Below, piece by piece: positions 20,630 to 29,950 of a stretch of 64,000 bases of DNA. The position numbers were made by a program, and so were the translations under genes. Source of the DNA: Candidatus Latescibacterota bacterium (GTDB lineage: Bacteria; Latescibacterota; UBA2968; GCA-2709665); NCBI GenBank assembly GCA_965203805.1, contig OZ241917.1, positions 544,001-608,000 of the forward strand, in the 5' to 3' direction. Below the pieces are notes generated by a model, which saw only the letters and a list, made by a program, of their open reading frames with translations, was not told the origin of the DNA and searched no databases. Numbering within the stretch: the stretch's first letter is position 1; each line of letters opens with the position of its first letter.

Positions 20630-23600
20630 AGCTGATCGAGTTTTCGACCCGCCGCAGGGTTACGGTGACGATGTTCGTTGTCGCGGCCGTGATTTTCGGT
20701 CTGGTCGCGTTTCGCCGGCTTTCGATCAATTTGCTTCCTGATATCACCTATCCCACGCTGACGGTGCGTACCGAATACGAAGGCACGGCGCCGGCGGAAA
20801 TGGAACGCCTGGTAACGGAACCCGTTGAGGGCGCCGTGGGGGTGGTAACGAATGTCGTAAAGGTGAGTTCAACGTCGCGTCCGGGCGTGTCTGAAGTGGT
20901 CGTGGAGTTTTCATGGGGTACGGACATGGACTTCGCATCGCTGGACATCCGGGAGAAGCTGGACCGGTTGCAGCTTCCGCAGGGTGCGGAAAAGCCGGTC
21001 CTGCTGCGTTTCGACCCGTCGCTGGATCCGATTATGCGGATCGGGCTCTACGGACCGGAGAGTCTGGTGGCCCTTCGTCTGTTGGCCGAGGAACATATCA
21101 AGCTGGATCTGGAGAGCCTCGAGGGCGTTGCCGCCGCGCGCGTGAACGGGGGCCTTGAAGAGGAGATACACATCGAACTGGACGAACCCAGGCTGGCCTC
21201 TCTGCGCATCCCGGTACAACAGGTCGTCGCACGCCTGGGCCAGGAGAATGTGAATCTCACCGGCGGGCAGCTCAAGGACGGGGAAGCGGAGTACGTGGTG
21301 CGCACGGTCAACGAGTTTCGCTCGGTCGAGGAGATCCGGGACGTCGTTGTGGGCGAACGGCAGGCCGCCGCCATCACGCTCTCGGACGTGGGCCTCGTGT
21401 TCCGGGGACACAAGGAACGCAAGGTAATCAACCGGATGAACGGGCGCGAGAGCGTGGAACTGGCCGTATACAAGGAAGGCGACGCCAATACCGTGACCGT
21501 CGCCGGGCGGGTGACCGAGGCTCTGGAGCGCTTTAAGAAAGAGACCGGGGCTCTGCCGTCCGGCGCACAAATCGAGGTTGTTTTCAGCCAGGCGACGTTT
21601 ATAAGGGCGTCCGTCGCCGAGGTGCTCAACACGGCAATTATGGGTGGCGTCCTGGCGGTGATTGTGCTGTACCTGTTTCTGGGCAATCCTCGAAGTACGG
21701 CGATCATCAGTCTTTCGATTCCGATCTCCGTCGTTTCAACCTTTCTGCTGATGTTCAGTTCGGATGTCAGCCTGAATATCATGTCCCTGGGGGGGTTGGC
21801 GCTGGGGATCGGCATGCTGGTGGACAACTCCATTGTCGTACTGGAAAGCATTCAACGGTACCGTGAGGAGGGTCAATCGTCGCTGGAGGCGACGGTAAAG
21901 GGAGCCGGGGAGGTGGGGAAAGCGGTGGTTGCTTCCACCCTGACCACGATCTGCGTCTTCGTGCCCATCGTCTTTGTCGAAGGGATCGCCGGTCAGCTGT
22001 TCCGCGACCAGGCGTTAACGGTGACGTTTTCCCTGGTGGCCTCATTGCTGGTCGCGCTCACGCTGATTCCGATGCTGGCTTCAATTGACTTCAGCCGGAG
22101 GGAAGAGGAACCGGGGGCGGGCCGCCGGCGCGTGCGTCCTCACCCTGCCATCGGAGCGGCAAGGGGAATCGGCATCGTTCTGCACGTGGTCCGTGCGCTG
22201 GCCAGGGTGGTAATCAGGTTGCTATATCCGGTTTTCTGGCTCTTCGAACGGATCATGGGCGGCGCCTATCGAATCTATCCCCGGGTGATCGGCTGGGCGC
22301 TGAGCCATCGCGCCGCCGTGCTCCTCTTCGCGCTGGCGCTGGCAGGCGCGTCCGGATTGCTGGCCGGATTTCTGGGAAGCGAGTTGATTCCGGAGATGAG
22401 CCAGGGTGAATTCAGCATTTCCGTGACAATGCCGGTGGGTACCCCGCTCGTCGCGACCGAACGGATGATTCGCGGGATGGAACGGATCGTCCAGGCCCAG
22501 CCGGAGGTGGCGCTGGTCTACAGCACCGTTGGCCTGAGCGGATCGTCCGACGGGTCCGCCGGAGAGGAGCGCGAAAACGTCGGCCAGATTCATGCGGCGC
22601 TGAAAGAGGGAATCATCCGGGATCGTGAAGACGCTGTGATGGATCGATTGAGGCAGGAATTCCGGGGCATACCCTCCGCGGAGTGCAAGTTCGCCCGCCC
22701 CTCGTTCTTCACATCCAGGACACCCGTCGAGGTTGAGATTTCCGGATACAACCTGGGCGCCTTGAGGGCATTGTCCGAACAGCTGGCCCGCAGTATGGAG
22801 GACGTTCCCGGGCTGGTCGACGTGAAGACAAGCGCCGAGGGAGGCAATCCGGAGGTGCAGATCCGCTTTAATCGGAAGTGGGTGGCGCAGATGGGGACGA
22901 GCATCAATGAGATAGGAAGGCTTGTCAGGAACAAAATCCAGGGAGAGGTGGCGACGGAGTTTGCCCAGGGCGACAGGAAGGTGGATATTCGCGTACGTGC
23001 GGACGAGCAGCACCGGGCCACGGTTGATGATCTCAAACGCCTCATTGTGAGTCCGGCCGGTGCGTCGGCGCCCATTCCCCTTGAGGTGGTTGCGGACCTG
23101 TCCGTTGAGATGGGCCCCGCCGAGATCCTGCGGGCGGACCAGGAGCGCGTGGCGGTCGTTTCCGCAAATCTTGAAGGTCGCAGCCTGAGCGAAGCGGTGG
23201 AAGACATCGAAGCCGTGATACGGGACATGGACTATCCTCCCGACTACAATATCAAGGTCGGTGGGCAAAACGAAGAGCGAAAGCGGTCGTTCGAGAGTAT
23301 GCGCCTGGCCATACTGCTGGCGGTATTTCTGGTTTACCTGGTGATGGCTTCCCAGTTCGAGTCGCTGATCCATCCCTTTGTGATCATGTTTTCCATTCCC
23401 TTCGGCCTGGTGGGTGTGGTCTGGCTGTTGCTGGCAACCGGCCAGACGGTGAGCGTGGTGGTGTTGATCGGGCTGATTATGCTGGCGGGAATCGTCGTGA
23501 ACAACGCGATTGTGCTGATTGATTATATCAACACCCTGCGCCGGGAGCAAGGCATGGGGAAGCGGGAGGCGATCGAGAGCGCCTGCCAGGTCAGGCTGCG

Positions 23601-23892
23601 CCCGATTCTGATGACGACGTCAACCACGGTGTTGGGGCTGTTGCCCATGGCCACCGGCATCTTCGACTTCAGGCCGCTCGTGGCCAACGTGGAATCCGGC
23701 CTGACAGACGTATTGCCGGGTGGCGCGCTGGCGCAGATAATGGGTGCCCTGAACGTCGTGTTTCCGGTGGGGCAGGGCGCGGAAATCCGCGCGCCGATGG
23801 CAATCACCGTAATCGGCGGACTGGTGGTTTCCACACTGGTGACGCTGGTACTGATTCCCACGCTCTACTCGCTTGTCGACCGGAAGACGTAG
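20626..23892 (+). CDS. RND efflux permease (AcrB/AcrD/AcrF family)
   Basis: 1088 aa with two TM blocks; LGIGMLVDNSIVVLE, GIVVNNAIVLID, RLRPILMTT. Confidence 0.95.
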   Translation: MKLIEFSTRRRVTVTMFVVAAVIFGLVAFRRLSINLLPDITYPTLTVRTEYEGTAPAEMERLVTEPVEGAVGVVTNVVKVSSTSRPGVSEVVVEFSWGTDMDFASLDIREKLDRLQLPQGAEKPVLLRFDPSLDPIMRIGLYGPESLVALRLLAEEHIKLDLESLEGVAAARVNGGLEEEIHIELDEPRLASLRIPVQQVVARLGQENVNLTGGQLKDGEAEYVVRTVNEFRSVEEIRDVVVGERQAAAITLSDVGLVFRGHKERKVINRMNGRESVELAVYKEGDANTVTVAGRVTEALERFKKETGALPSGAQIEVVFSQATFIRASVAEVLNTAIMGGVLAVIVLYLFLGNPRSTAIISLSIPISVVSTFLLMFSSDVSLNIMSLGGLALGIGMLVDNSIVVLESIQRYREEGQSSLEATVKGAGEVGKAVVASTLTTICVFVPIVFVEGIAGQLFRDQALTVTFSLVASLLVALTLIPMLASIDFSRREEEPGAGRRRVRPHPAIGAARGIGIVLHVVRALARVVIRLLYPVFWLFERIMGGAYRIYPRVIGWALSHRAAVLLFALALAGASGLLAGFLGSELIPEMSQGEFSISVTMPVGTPLVATERMIRGMERIVQAQPEVALVYSTVGLSGSSDGSAGEERENVGQIHAALKEGIIRDREDAVMDRLRQEFRGIPSAECKFARPSFFTSRTPVEVEISGYNLGALRALSEQLARSMEDVPGLVDVKTSAEGGNPEVQIRFNRKWVAQMGTSINEIGRLVRNKIQGEVATEFAQGDRKVDIRVRADEQHRATVDDLKRLIVSPAGASAPIPLEVVADLSVEMGPAEILRADQERVAVVSANLEGRSLSEAVEDIEAVIRDMDYPPDYNIKVGGQNEERKRSFESMRLAILLAVFLVYLVMASQFESLIHPFVIMFSIPFGLVGVVWLLLATGQTVSVVVLIGLIMLAGIVVNNAIVLIDYINTLRREQGMGKREAIESACQVRLRPILMTTSTTVLGLLPMATGIFDFRPLVANVESGLTDVLPGGALAQIMGALNVVFPVGQGAEIRAPMAITVIGGLVVSTLVTLVLIPTLYSLVDRKT

Positions 23893-23980
23893 GTTCAGGA
23901 TGTCGTGTTCTATCCCGTAGACGGGTGATCGCCTGTTGACGTTTCTCAGGGCGGAACGCGGACAGCCGGCTGGAGAGGAA

Positions 23981-24751
23981 ATGAATCCGTGTGCGGACAC
24001 GAACTCGGAGAATGATGCGTACCGGAAGCGTGTGAGGTCCAGTTCGCTGTCGGAACTGGAGGACATGTACACGCACGTGGATCGAGGTCAATATCCGGAC
24101 CGGGCGCAGAAACTTCGGGAGGAGATCGGCAATCGGCTGACGGTCCTCGAAGACCGCCCCGACCGGCCGGTCCCGAACAGCCCGGTCCCGGCGGGCGTGA
24201 TCCGGCGTCTTTGGGCGAGCCTGATCGATCATTTCATACATCTCCTGATACTTGGCGCGTTGTTCCTCGCAGGCTGGTCGGTGCTTCAGCTCGTATCGGG
24301 ACCACGGTCGGACGGGCCGTCGGCTGCCGCCGTCTCCGCGCGCCGCGGACCGTCGACGCTGCAAGGATTCGTTTCCGGTCTGCTGGCTGGCGACGCGGCG
24401 GCCTGGAAGAATGGCGAACAGTGGTCCCGGGCGGGAATGGTTGCGTTGTTTTTTTTGATTCTAAAGGCGTTGATGGTCGTCCCGGCGTGGGGGCGTACCG
24501 GAAATACACCCGGAATGAGAGAGGCGGGCATCCGGCTTGCCCGCGGGAACGGGGAACCCGTGGGTGTGAAGCGGGCGCTGGCGCGATTCTGTGTACAGTA
24601 CCCGTTGTTCTGGCTGACGCTGGGTATCAGCACGCTTTGGATGATCCGGGACAAGAGGAAGCAGGCGCTACACGACAGGCTGACGGACACGTGTGTAATA
24701 CGGGAGTACCGTACCTGGGAGAAGCGGAACGAAGACCGGGTCTTCGACTAG
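23981..24751 (+). CDS. RDD family membrane protein
   Basis: AGVIRRLWASLID, GNTPG, KQALHDRLTDTCVI. RBS GGAGAGGA. Confidence 0.85.
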   Translation: MNPCADTNSENDAYRKRVRSSSLSELEDMYTHVDRGQYPDRAQKLREEIGNRLTVLEDRPDRPVPNSPVPAGVIRRLWASLIDHFIHLLILGALFLAGWSVLQLVSGPRSDGPSAAAVSARRGPSTLQGFVSGLLAGDAAAWKNGEQWSRAGMVALFFLILKALMVVPAWGRTGNTPGMREAGIRLARGNGEPVGVKRALARFCVQYPLFWLTLGISTLWMIRDKRKQALHDRLTDTCVIREYRTWEKRNEDRVFD

Positions 24752-24776
24752 CCGGATGCGGTCTCACGAATTCGGG

Positions 24777-24805
24777 TTGCCTTTTACCACCTGTTTTGTT
24801 ATACT
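24777..24805 (+). promoter_or_regulatory. sigma70-type promoter
   Basis: TTGCCT-17 nt-TATACT with TG just upstream of -10; about 230 nt leader to the next CDS. Confidence 0.6.
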
Positions 24806-25044
24806 GTGCTAACTCTTCCTCCGGACCAACGCCTTGCTGCCGCACGTACCCCCCCACCATGGCGTCATTTCCCGGTTCTTTCAAATCTCAGGCATTCATC
24901 TGACGGTCCCGGGGTGCGCCCCTCTCAGGGCAACTGCCCCGTGTCTGAGGAGAATCCGCGAAACTTTTGCGTGATTCATGCTGTCTAATCGTAATGGCGG
25001 GCTCACGGACGGGAGAACAGTCTTCAATTTGCAGGAGTCTGGTT

Positions 25045-25482
25045 ATGCGTAAGCGGGTCCCGCAGGCGGTTTGCTGCCTGCTTGCACTTGCCGTCGGAAT
25101 CACAGCCGAACCGGTTCAGGCGAAATCTTTCTTTACGTCCCGCCGGACGTTCGGCGTTCTGTTTCTGGGCGGGAGCGCGGTCATGGCCAAGAAGGCCGTC
25201 GATTTCCGCAGGGACGCCGACAGGACCTACGATGCCTATAAGCTCGCCCGTACATCGGAAGAGGCGGAACGCCTGTATGACCGAACGGGCGACTACGATA
25301 CAAAGAGCAAAATGAGTGTCGGACTCTCTGTCGTTCTGTTGGCCAGCGGTTTGCGACTGATACTCTCAAGCGGTGTCGATGAGGACCCCTCGAAGGTCCG
25401 TCGGAAGCGGAAGTTCAACGTGGACCTGACGAGCGACGTCAACAAGCGAACGGTCAGGGTTGCCGTACAACGACATTTTTAA
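25045..25482 (+). CDS. Hypothetical exported/membrane protein
   Basis: AGGAG RBS; signal peptide ending VQA; two hydrophobic segments; C-terminal F. Confidence 0.72.
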   Translation: MRKRVPQAVCCLLALAVGITAEPVQAKSFFTSRRTFGVLFLGGSAVMAKKAVDFRRDADRTYDAYKLARTSEEAERLYDRTGDYDTKSKMSVGLSVVLLASGLRLILSSGVDEDPSKVRRKRKFNVDLTSDVNKRTVRVAVQRHF

Positions 25483-25607
25483 TGGTGGAGACCAGGAAGC
25501 TGTTTTGAAATTCCAGGTGAGTTCCCGAGCGCGATCAAAAAGTGGCGGTTATGAGGCGCGGGGGGCGCGTAGCGCCGCCGGAATTTTCGTGCATTAAGGA
25601 GAGATTT

Positions 25608-27884
25608 ATGGCGCGTTGGAAAATCAGCCCACGCCGACTGGGGGCGTGGGGCATGCTGGCCGTTGTGCTGCTGGGAACCGGTCGCTGCGGAAGGGAGCGG
25701 GAGAATCCGGTCGATCCGAATTTCCCGGGAGGCGGGGCGCTGCAGCCGCCTGGAAACATCCGGGCGCAGGGAGACATCGGTCGCATTCTGTTAACCTGGG
25801 ACGCCGTAAGAGTCGACGACCTGGCGGGGTACGGAGTCTGGCGTGCCACGTCGGCCACGGGCGACTATACCCGGTTGCGCGGCGAGTCGAACGATGCGAA
25901 TGTAACCACCGGTCGAACGGTCTTTGTCGACTCCACGATGGACGCTTCGGCTTCGATGGTATATTTCTACAGGATCACCACGGTGGATGCCAACGGACAA
26001 TCCAGCGAACGGTCCGCCTTCGTCAGTGCCGAAGTGCGCGAAGACAAAAGGCCTCCGGGTGCTCCGTTGAATCTTTCTGCCGTCCAAGACGAAGTCACCG
26101 GCCACGTGGTTCTGTCCTGGGATGCGCCCAAAGCGGACGAGGGTAATGAGGACCTGACGGGTCTGGACGGTTATCGGGTTTTCAGGGCGAAGGAAACCGA
26201 AGACGCATTTGTTCTGATTGCTGCGGTTTCCGCCGCACGGACCGTCTTTACGGACACAACGCGCCTGGAATCCGAAGTCCGGTATTTCTATCAGATTTCC
26301 GCCATCGACAGGTTCCGGAACGAGAGCGCGCGTTCCCGCTCAGCCTCGGTCAACACACCGGAAACCACCGTCGCCGCGCCGGCGGGCCTGCGCACTGTCA
26401 GCAAGGTCGGCAAGATAGAGTTGCATTGGAATCCTTCGGACGAAGAAAATCTCCTGGGTTATCTGGTTCTGCGGTCAACGTCCACCCAGGCGCCATTTGT
26501 GCCCGTGTCGTCGAATTCCCCTTTTACCACGGCTCAGACCATGTATTCGGATTCGGACGTGCAGGTCGACGTGGTTTACTTCTACCGCATCCAGGCAGTC
26601 GTACGGGATCCCGAAGGCGGCGTTGTCGTCGGCGAAGCTTCGCCCTTTGTCGACGGGCAGGCCGAGGCGGATGAATCGCCGCCCGCAGCGCCGACGAACT
26701 TGAGCGTCAGCCTGGATGACGACGATGCCGGCGTTGTTCTGCTGAATTGGGCGGCCCCGACGAGGGATAACGGCGGCGAAGAGTTGACCGGCCTGTCCCA
26801 CTATCGGGTCTTCCGATCCAAAGAGACGGCCGGTTCCTTTGTGGAATTGGCGCAGGTTGCTGGATCCGAGACCACGTTCCGGGATACATCCGTTGAGCCG
26901 CTGACGGTGTATTATTACACCGTGGCCGCGGTTGACCCTGCGAAGAACAGCGGTCCAAGGTCCGCGCCGTTGTCCGTCAACACACCGGGTCTCGCGACCC
27001 CTGTCGGGGTCAGGGCAATTGCCGGCAAGGCCAAGATTACACTGGCCTGGACGCCGAATTCGGAGTCGCAGCTGAGCGGCTATGAAGTGTTGCGCTACAG
27101 CGACCCGCTGCAGCCTGAAGTTTTCTCCAGGTTCAACACGCCGTGGCCGGCCTACGTGGATACGCCCCTGGTCGGCGGCGAGACCCATGCGTATCGCGTG
27201 CGCGCACTGGGATCGGGCGGGCTTGAGAGCAGACTGTCGGATTTCGTACTGGCGACCGTGTTGGCAGACGATCTGGCGCCCGCTCCGCCTGAATTCCTGT
27301 ACGCCAAACTGTCTGGCAATACGGACATTGAGGTGAGTTGGCGCGCTTCAACAACCGATGAGGACGGTTCGGAGCAGACAGGCCTGCATCAGTACAGGAT
27401 TTACAGGTCGGAAGGTACAGGTTCGGCCGGATTCAGGTGGCTGGCGACCGTCGACTCGACAACTTTGAGCTACGTAGACGAAGACCTGGAGACGTCCACC
27501 ACGTACAGTTACCAGGTACGTGCGATCGACGCCAATGGTAACGAGAGTGAAGCTTCCAGGACGGTATCGTTGCAGACCGGTCCTGATAGCCGAATTGGCA
27601 GACCGACCAACGTCGCCGCGGTTGTGCGTAGTCTTCCGGATGAAGGCACCGTCGTGATCGTCACATGGAGGGCGCCCCCGGGCATTACGCGCTTCAGGGT
27701 AAATCGCCAGCGCGTGGGTGCGTATTCGAACAACACTTTCGAAATCGTGTCATACCAGTTGAGTGACACCAAGTACATCGACACCAACGTCGAATCGGGC
27801 AATACGTACATCTATCAAGTGGTTTCCGTGAGAGGTGACGACATCAGCAGTCCGTCCGACCGTGTGGTTGTGGCCGTTCCGTAG
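25608..27884 (+). CDS. Fibronectin type III repeat lipoprotein
   Basis: AAGGAG RBS; hydrophobic leader then C-GRERENPVDP; about 7 FN3 units with L-x-W, Y-x-V-x-R and Y-x-Y-x-(I/V)-x-A-x-D-x-x-x-N-E-S. Confidence 0.88.
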   Translation: MARWKISPRRLGAWGMLAVVLLGTGRCGRERENPVDPNFPGGGALQPPGNIRAQGDIGRILLTWDAVRVDDLAGYGVWRATSATGDYTRLRGESNDANVTTGRTVFVDSTMDASASMVYFYRITTVDANGQSSERSAFVSAEVREDKRPPGAPLNLSAVQDEVTGHVVLSWDAPKADEGNEDLTGLDGYRVFRAKETEDAFVLIAAVSAARTVFTDTTRLESEVRYFYQISAIDRFRNESARSRSASVNTPETTVAAPAGLRTVSKVGKIELHWNPSDEENLLGYLVLRSTSTQAPFVPVSSNSPFTTAQTMYSDSDVQVDVVYFYRIQAVVRDPEGGVVVGEASPFVDGQAEADESPPAAPTNLSVSLDDDDAGVVLLNWAAPTRDNGGEELTGLSHYRVFRSKETAGSFVELAQVAGSETTFRDTSVEPLTVYYYTVAAVDPAKNSGPRSAPLSVNTPGLATPVGVRAIAGKAKITLAWTPNSESQLSGYEVLRYSDPLQPEVFSRFNTPWPAYVDTPLVGGETHAYRVRALGSGGLESRLSDFVLATVLADDLAPAPPEFLYAKLSGNTDIEVSWRASTTDEDGSEQTGLHQYRIYRSEGTGSAGFRWLATVDSTTLSYVDEDLETSTTYSYQVRAIDANGNESEASRTVSLQTGPDSRIGRPTNVAAVVRSLPDEGTVVIVTWRAPPGITRFRVNRQRVGAYSNNTFEIVSYQLSDTKYIDTNVESGNTYIYQVVSVRGDDISSPSDRVVVAVP

Positions 27885-27910
27885 AACTTCCGGTCGTCAT
27901 ACCAGTTGGC

Positions 27911-27953
27911 AAACGGCAGAGCGCAGTCCCGTGCGGCGCTCTGCCGTTTTGTT
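27911..27953 (+). terminator. Intrinsic terminator
   Basis: AAACGGCAGAGCG / CGCTCTGCCGTTT 13-bp stem followed by TGTT. Confidence 0.75.
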
Positions 27954-28253
27954 GTGCGGGCGAGGGTTCATGAATGGGCGGATTCTCGCCCTGTGAGGGC
28001 CAGTGGTCTGCTATACCTGTACAGCGACGGCAAGATGTCGCGCGGCGTGCGTCAGTCCGTACGCATTCTGTCCGTTAGGACCCGACAACCCGGCGCCTGT
28101 TACGGCATGCGCATTTCCCCCGATCGGCCGCTTAGTTTCTGCAAAGATGAGACTTGCATCATTTCCTTACGCCTGATCGCGTCTCCGGTACGCGGTCTGC
28201 ATAGCACCAGGAGTCCGTTGGCTGGGTTCCCAGGAAAATATGGAGGATCGTCT

Positions 28254-29576
28254 ATGCAGCACGTGCTTCTGGTGGATGGCGACAAGCAATTCCGGGAGGA
28301 AATGAAAGACCGCCTGACGCGGCGGGGGGTTCGTGTGGCTTGCGCGGGAACCGCGCGCGAAGGCTTGAGGTTGTACAGGCGCGGCCGCCCCGGATGTGTG
28401 TTCGCCGAGGCCGAACTCCCGGACGGTGACGGATTTCCGGTTCTCGAGGAAGCGCATCAGCACACGCCTGTGGTGATGGTTAGCGAGGGGTTTTCGCCGG
28501 GCCAGGTTTTCTCGGCCATCTCGGGCGGCGCGTACGACTGTTTGTCCAAGCCGGTGGATGACCCGACGCTTGACGGGCTGCTCTACCGTCTGAGCAGGGA
28601 GAGGAACCCGGCGCCGGCGGATTCCGGACCGGGCGAGCACGTCCCCGATGTCGACGACGTTATGGTTGTCGGACGTTCCCAGAAGATGATCGAGGCGCTA
28701 AAGACGGTTGCCGCGGTCGCGCGCACGCTGACAACCGTTCTTGTCTGCGGGGAAAGCGGCACCGGTAAGGAATTGATGGCCAGGGAAATACACCGCGCGT
28801 CGGGCAGAACGGGGGCATTCGTGGCCGTCAATTGCGTGGCCGTGATGGAGAGCCTTACCGAGAGCGAACTGTTCGGACACGAGCGGGGCGCTTTCACGGG
28901 CGCGGCCGGACGTCGCGCGGGTTGCTTTGAGCAGGCAAGCCACGGCACCCTGTTCCTGGATGAAATCGGTGACGCGCTTCCGACGTTTCAGGCGAAGCTG
29001 CTGCGTGTGCTGGATCACGTTGAATTCGTTCGCGTGGGCGGGCAGGAATCAATCCGTCCCGACGTTCGGGTCGTGGCCGCCACGAATGCCGATCTCGAGC
29101 ATCTGGTCGCGAAGGGGACGTTCAGGGCGGACCTATATTACAGACTCAGCGAGGTCACTGTACAGTTGCCGCCGCTTCGTGATCGTCTGTCGGATATCCC
29201 CGTGCTCACGAGGCGCATACTCGTCGAGATCCGGCGCCGGACGGGTCGAAGCATTGCAGGCATATCTCAGGAAGCCATGCATCGGCTGATGGTCTATCAG
29301 TGGCCGGGCAACGTCAGGGAACTGCAGAACGTGCTGGTCCGGGCGGCGCTTCATTGCCGGGGACGGACGATCCATATCAATCACCTGAAGGGTCTGATCC
29401 GCGACGGGTCGGACGAGACCGACGAATCGCTGACCCTGGCGGACGTGGAACGCAGGCATATCGAGCAGGTGCTGAATGCAACGGGCTGGAACCGCGGCAT
29501 GGCTTGCGACATTCTGGGCGTATCCCGTCCGACGCTCCGGAGAAAGATCAGGGACTATGGGCTTCTCGGAGGATGA
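28254..29576 (+). CDS. Sigma-54-dependent transcriptional activator (NtrC-type) with atypical receiver domain
   Basis: GGAGG RBS; REC-like N-terminus; GESGTGKE, ESELFGHERGAFTGA, LFLDEI, WPGNVREL; Fis-type HTH. Confidence 0.93.
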   Translation: MQHVLLVDGDKQFREEMKDRLTRRGVRVACAGTAREGLRLYRRGRPGCVFAEAELPDGDGFPVLEEAHQHTPVVMVSEGFSPGQVFSAISGGAYDCLSKPVDDPTLDGLLYRLSRERNPAPADSGPGEHVPDVDDVMVVGRSQKMIEALKTVAAVARTLTTVLVCGESGTGKELMAREIHRASGRTGAFVAVNCVAVMESLTESELFGHERGAFTGAAGRRAGCFEQASHGTLFLDEIGDALPTFQAKLLRVLDHVEFVRVGGQESIRPDVRVVAATNADLEHLVAKGTFRADLYYRLSEVTVQLPPLRDRLSDIPVLTRRILVEIRRRTGRSIAGISQEAMHRLMVYQWPGNVRELQNVLVRAALHCRGRTIHINHLKGLIRDGSDETDESLTLADVERRHIEQVLNATGWNRGMACDILGVSRPTLRRKIRDYGLLGG

Positions 29577-29639
29577 GCGAGTCCAACCGCCGAACGGCGA
29601 GCGTCCGGGTCCGCGGGCTCTCAAGCCGGACGGACGCGC

Positions 29640-29668
29640 TTGACTTCCCGCGGGCCGAAGTGCATAAT
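29640..29668 (+). promoter_or_regulatory. sigma70-type promoter upstream of thrC
   Basis: TTGACT-17 nt-CATAAT; the -10 abuts the left duplication of the inserted element. Confidence 0.6.
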
Positions 29669-29671
29669 TAG

Positions 29672-29861
29672 CCTTAATTCCACAAAACCGCAATGCGGTG
29701 CCGCGACGAAACCTTTCGAAGTGGGCCGAAAAGGTCGTCCGGAAGGACATTTTTTCCGTTTACGTCCAGTGACCTGAAGGATCATAGAAATCAGCAGTTA
29801 AATCGCCTTTATTCACTTGCACATATTCGAATTAACGTCCCCGAATAATGACGAATCAAGG
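29672..29861. mobile_element. Non-autonomous IS-derived element (MITE-like), copy 1, 190 bp
   Basis: Ends CCTTAATTC...GAATCAAGG (8/9 inverted match), flanked by TTAG direct repeats (29668-71, 29862-65). 29723-29861 matches 45502-45640 with 5 substitutions; AT-richer than the flanks. Confidence 0.8.
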
Positions 29862-29950
29862 TTAGACCGTCTTGTCGCGAGGATTCTTCGAACACGAACC
29901 CGGGCGCTCGTTTTCATGTCTCCGGGACAGATCATCGGTCTGGAGGACGG

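Noticed and set aside
28080-28130. sigma-54 -24/-12 site upstream of the activator (CGGCATGCGCATTTCC)
   Set aside because: It lacks the required GC at -12.
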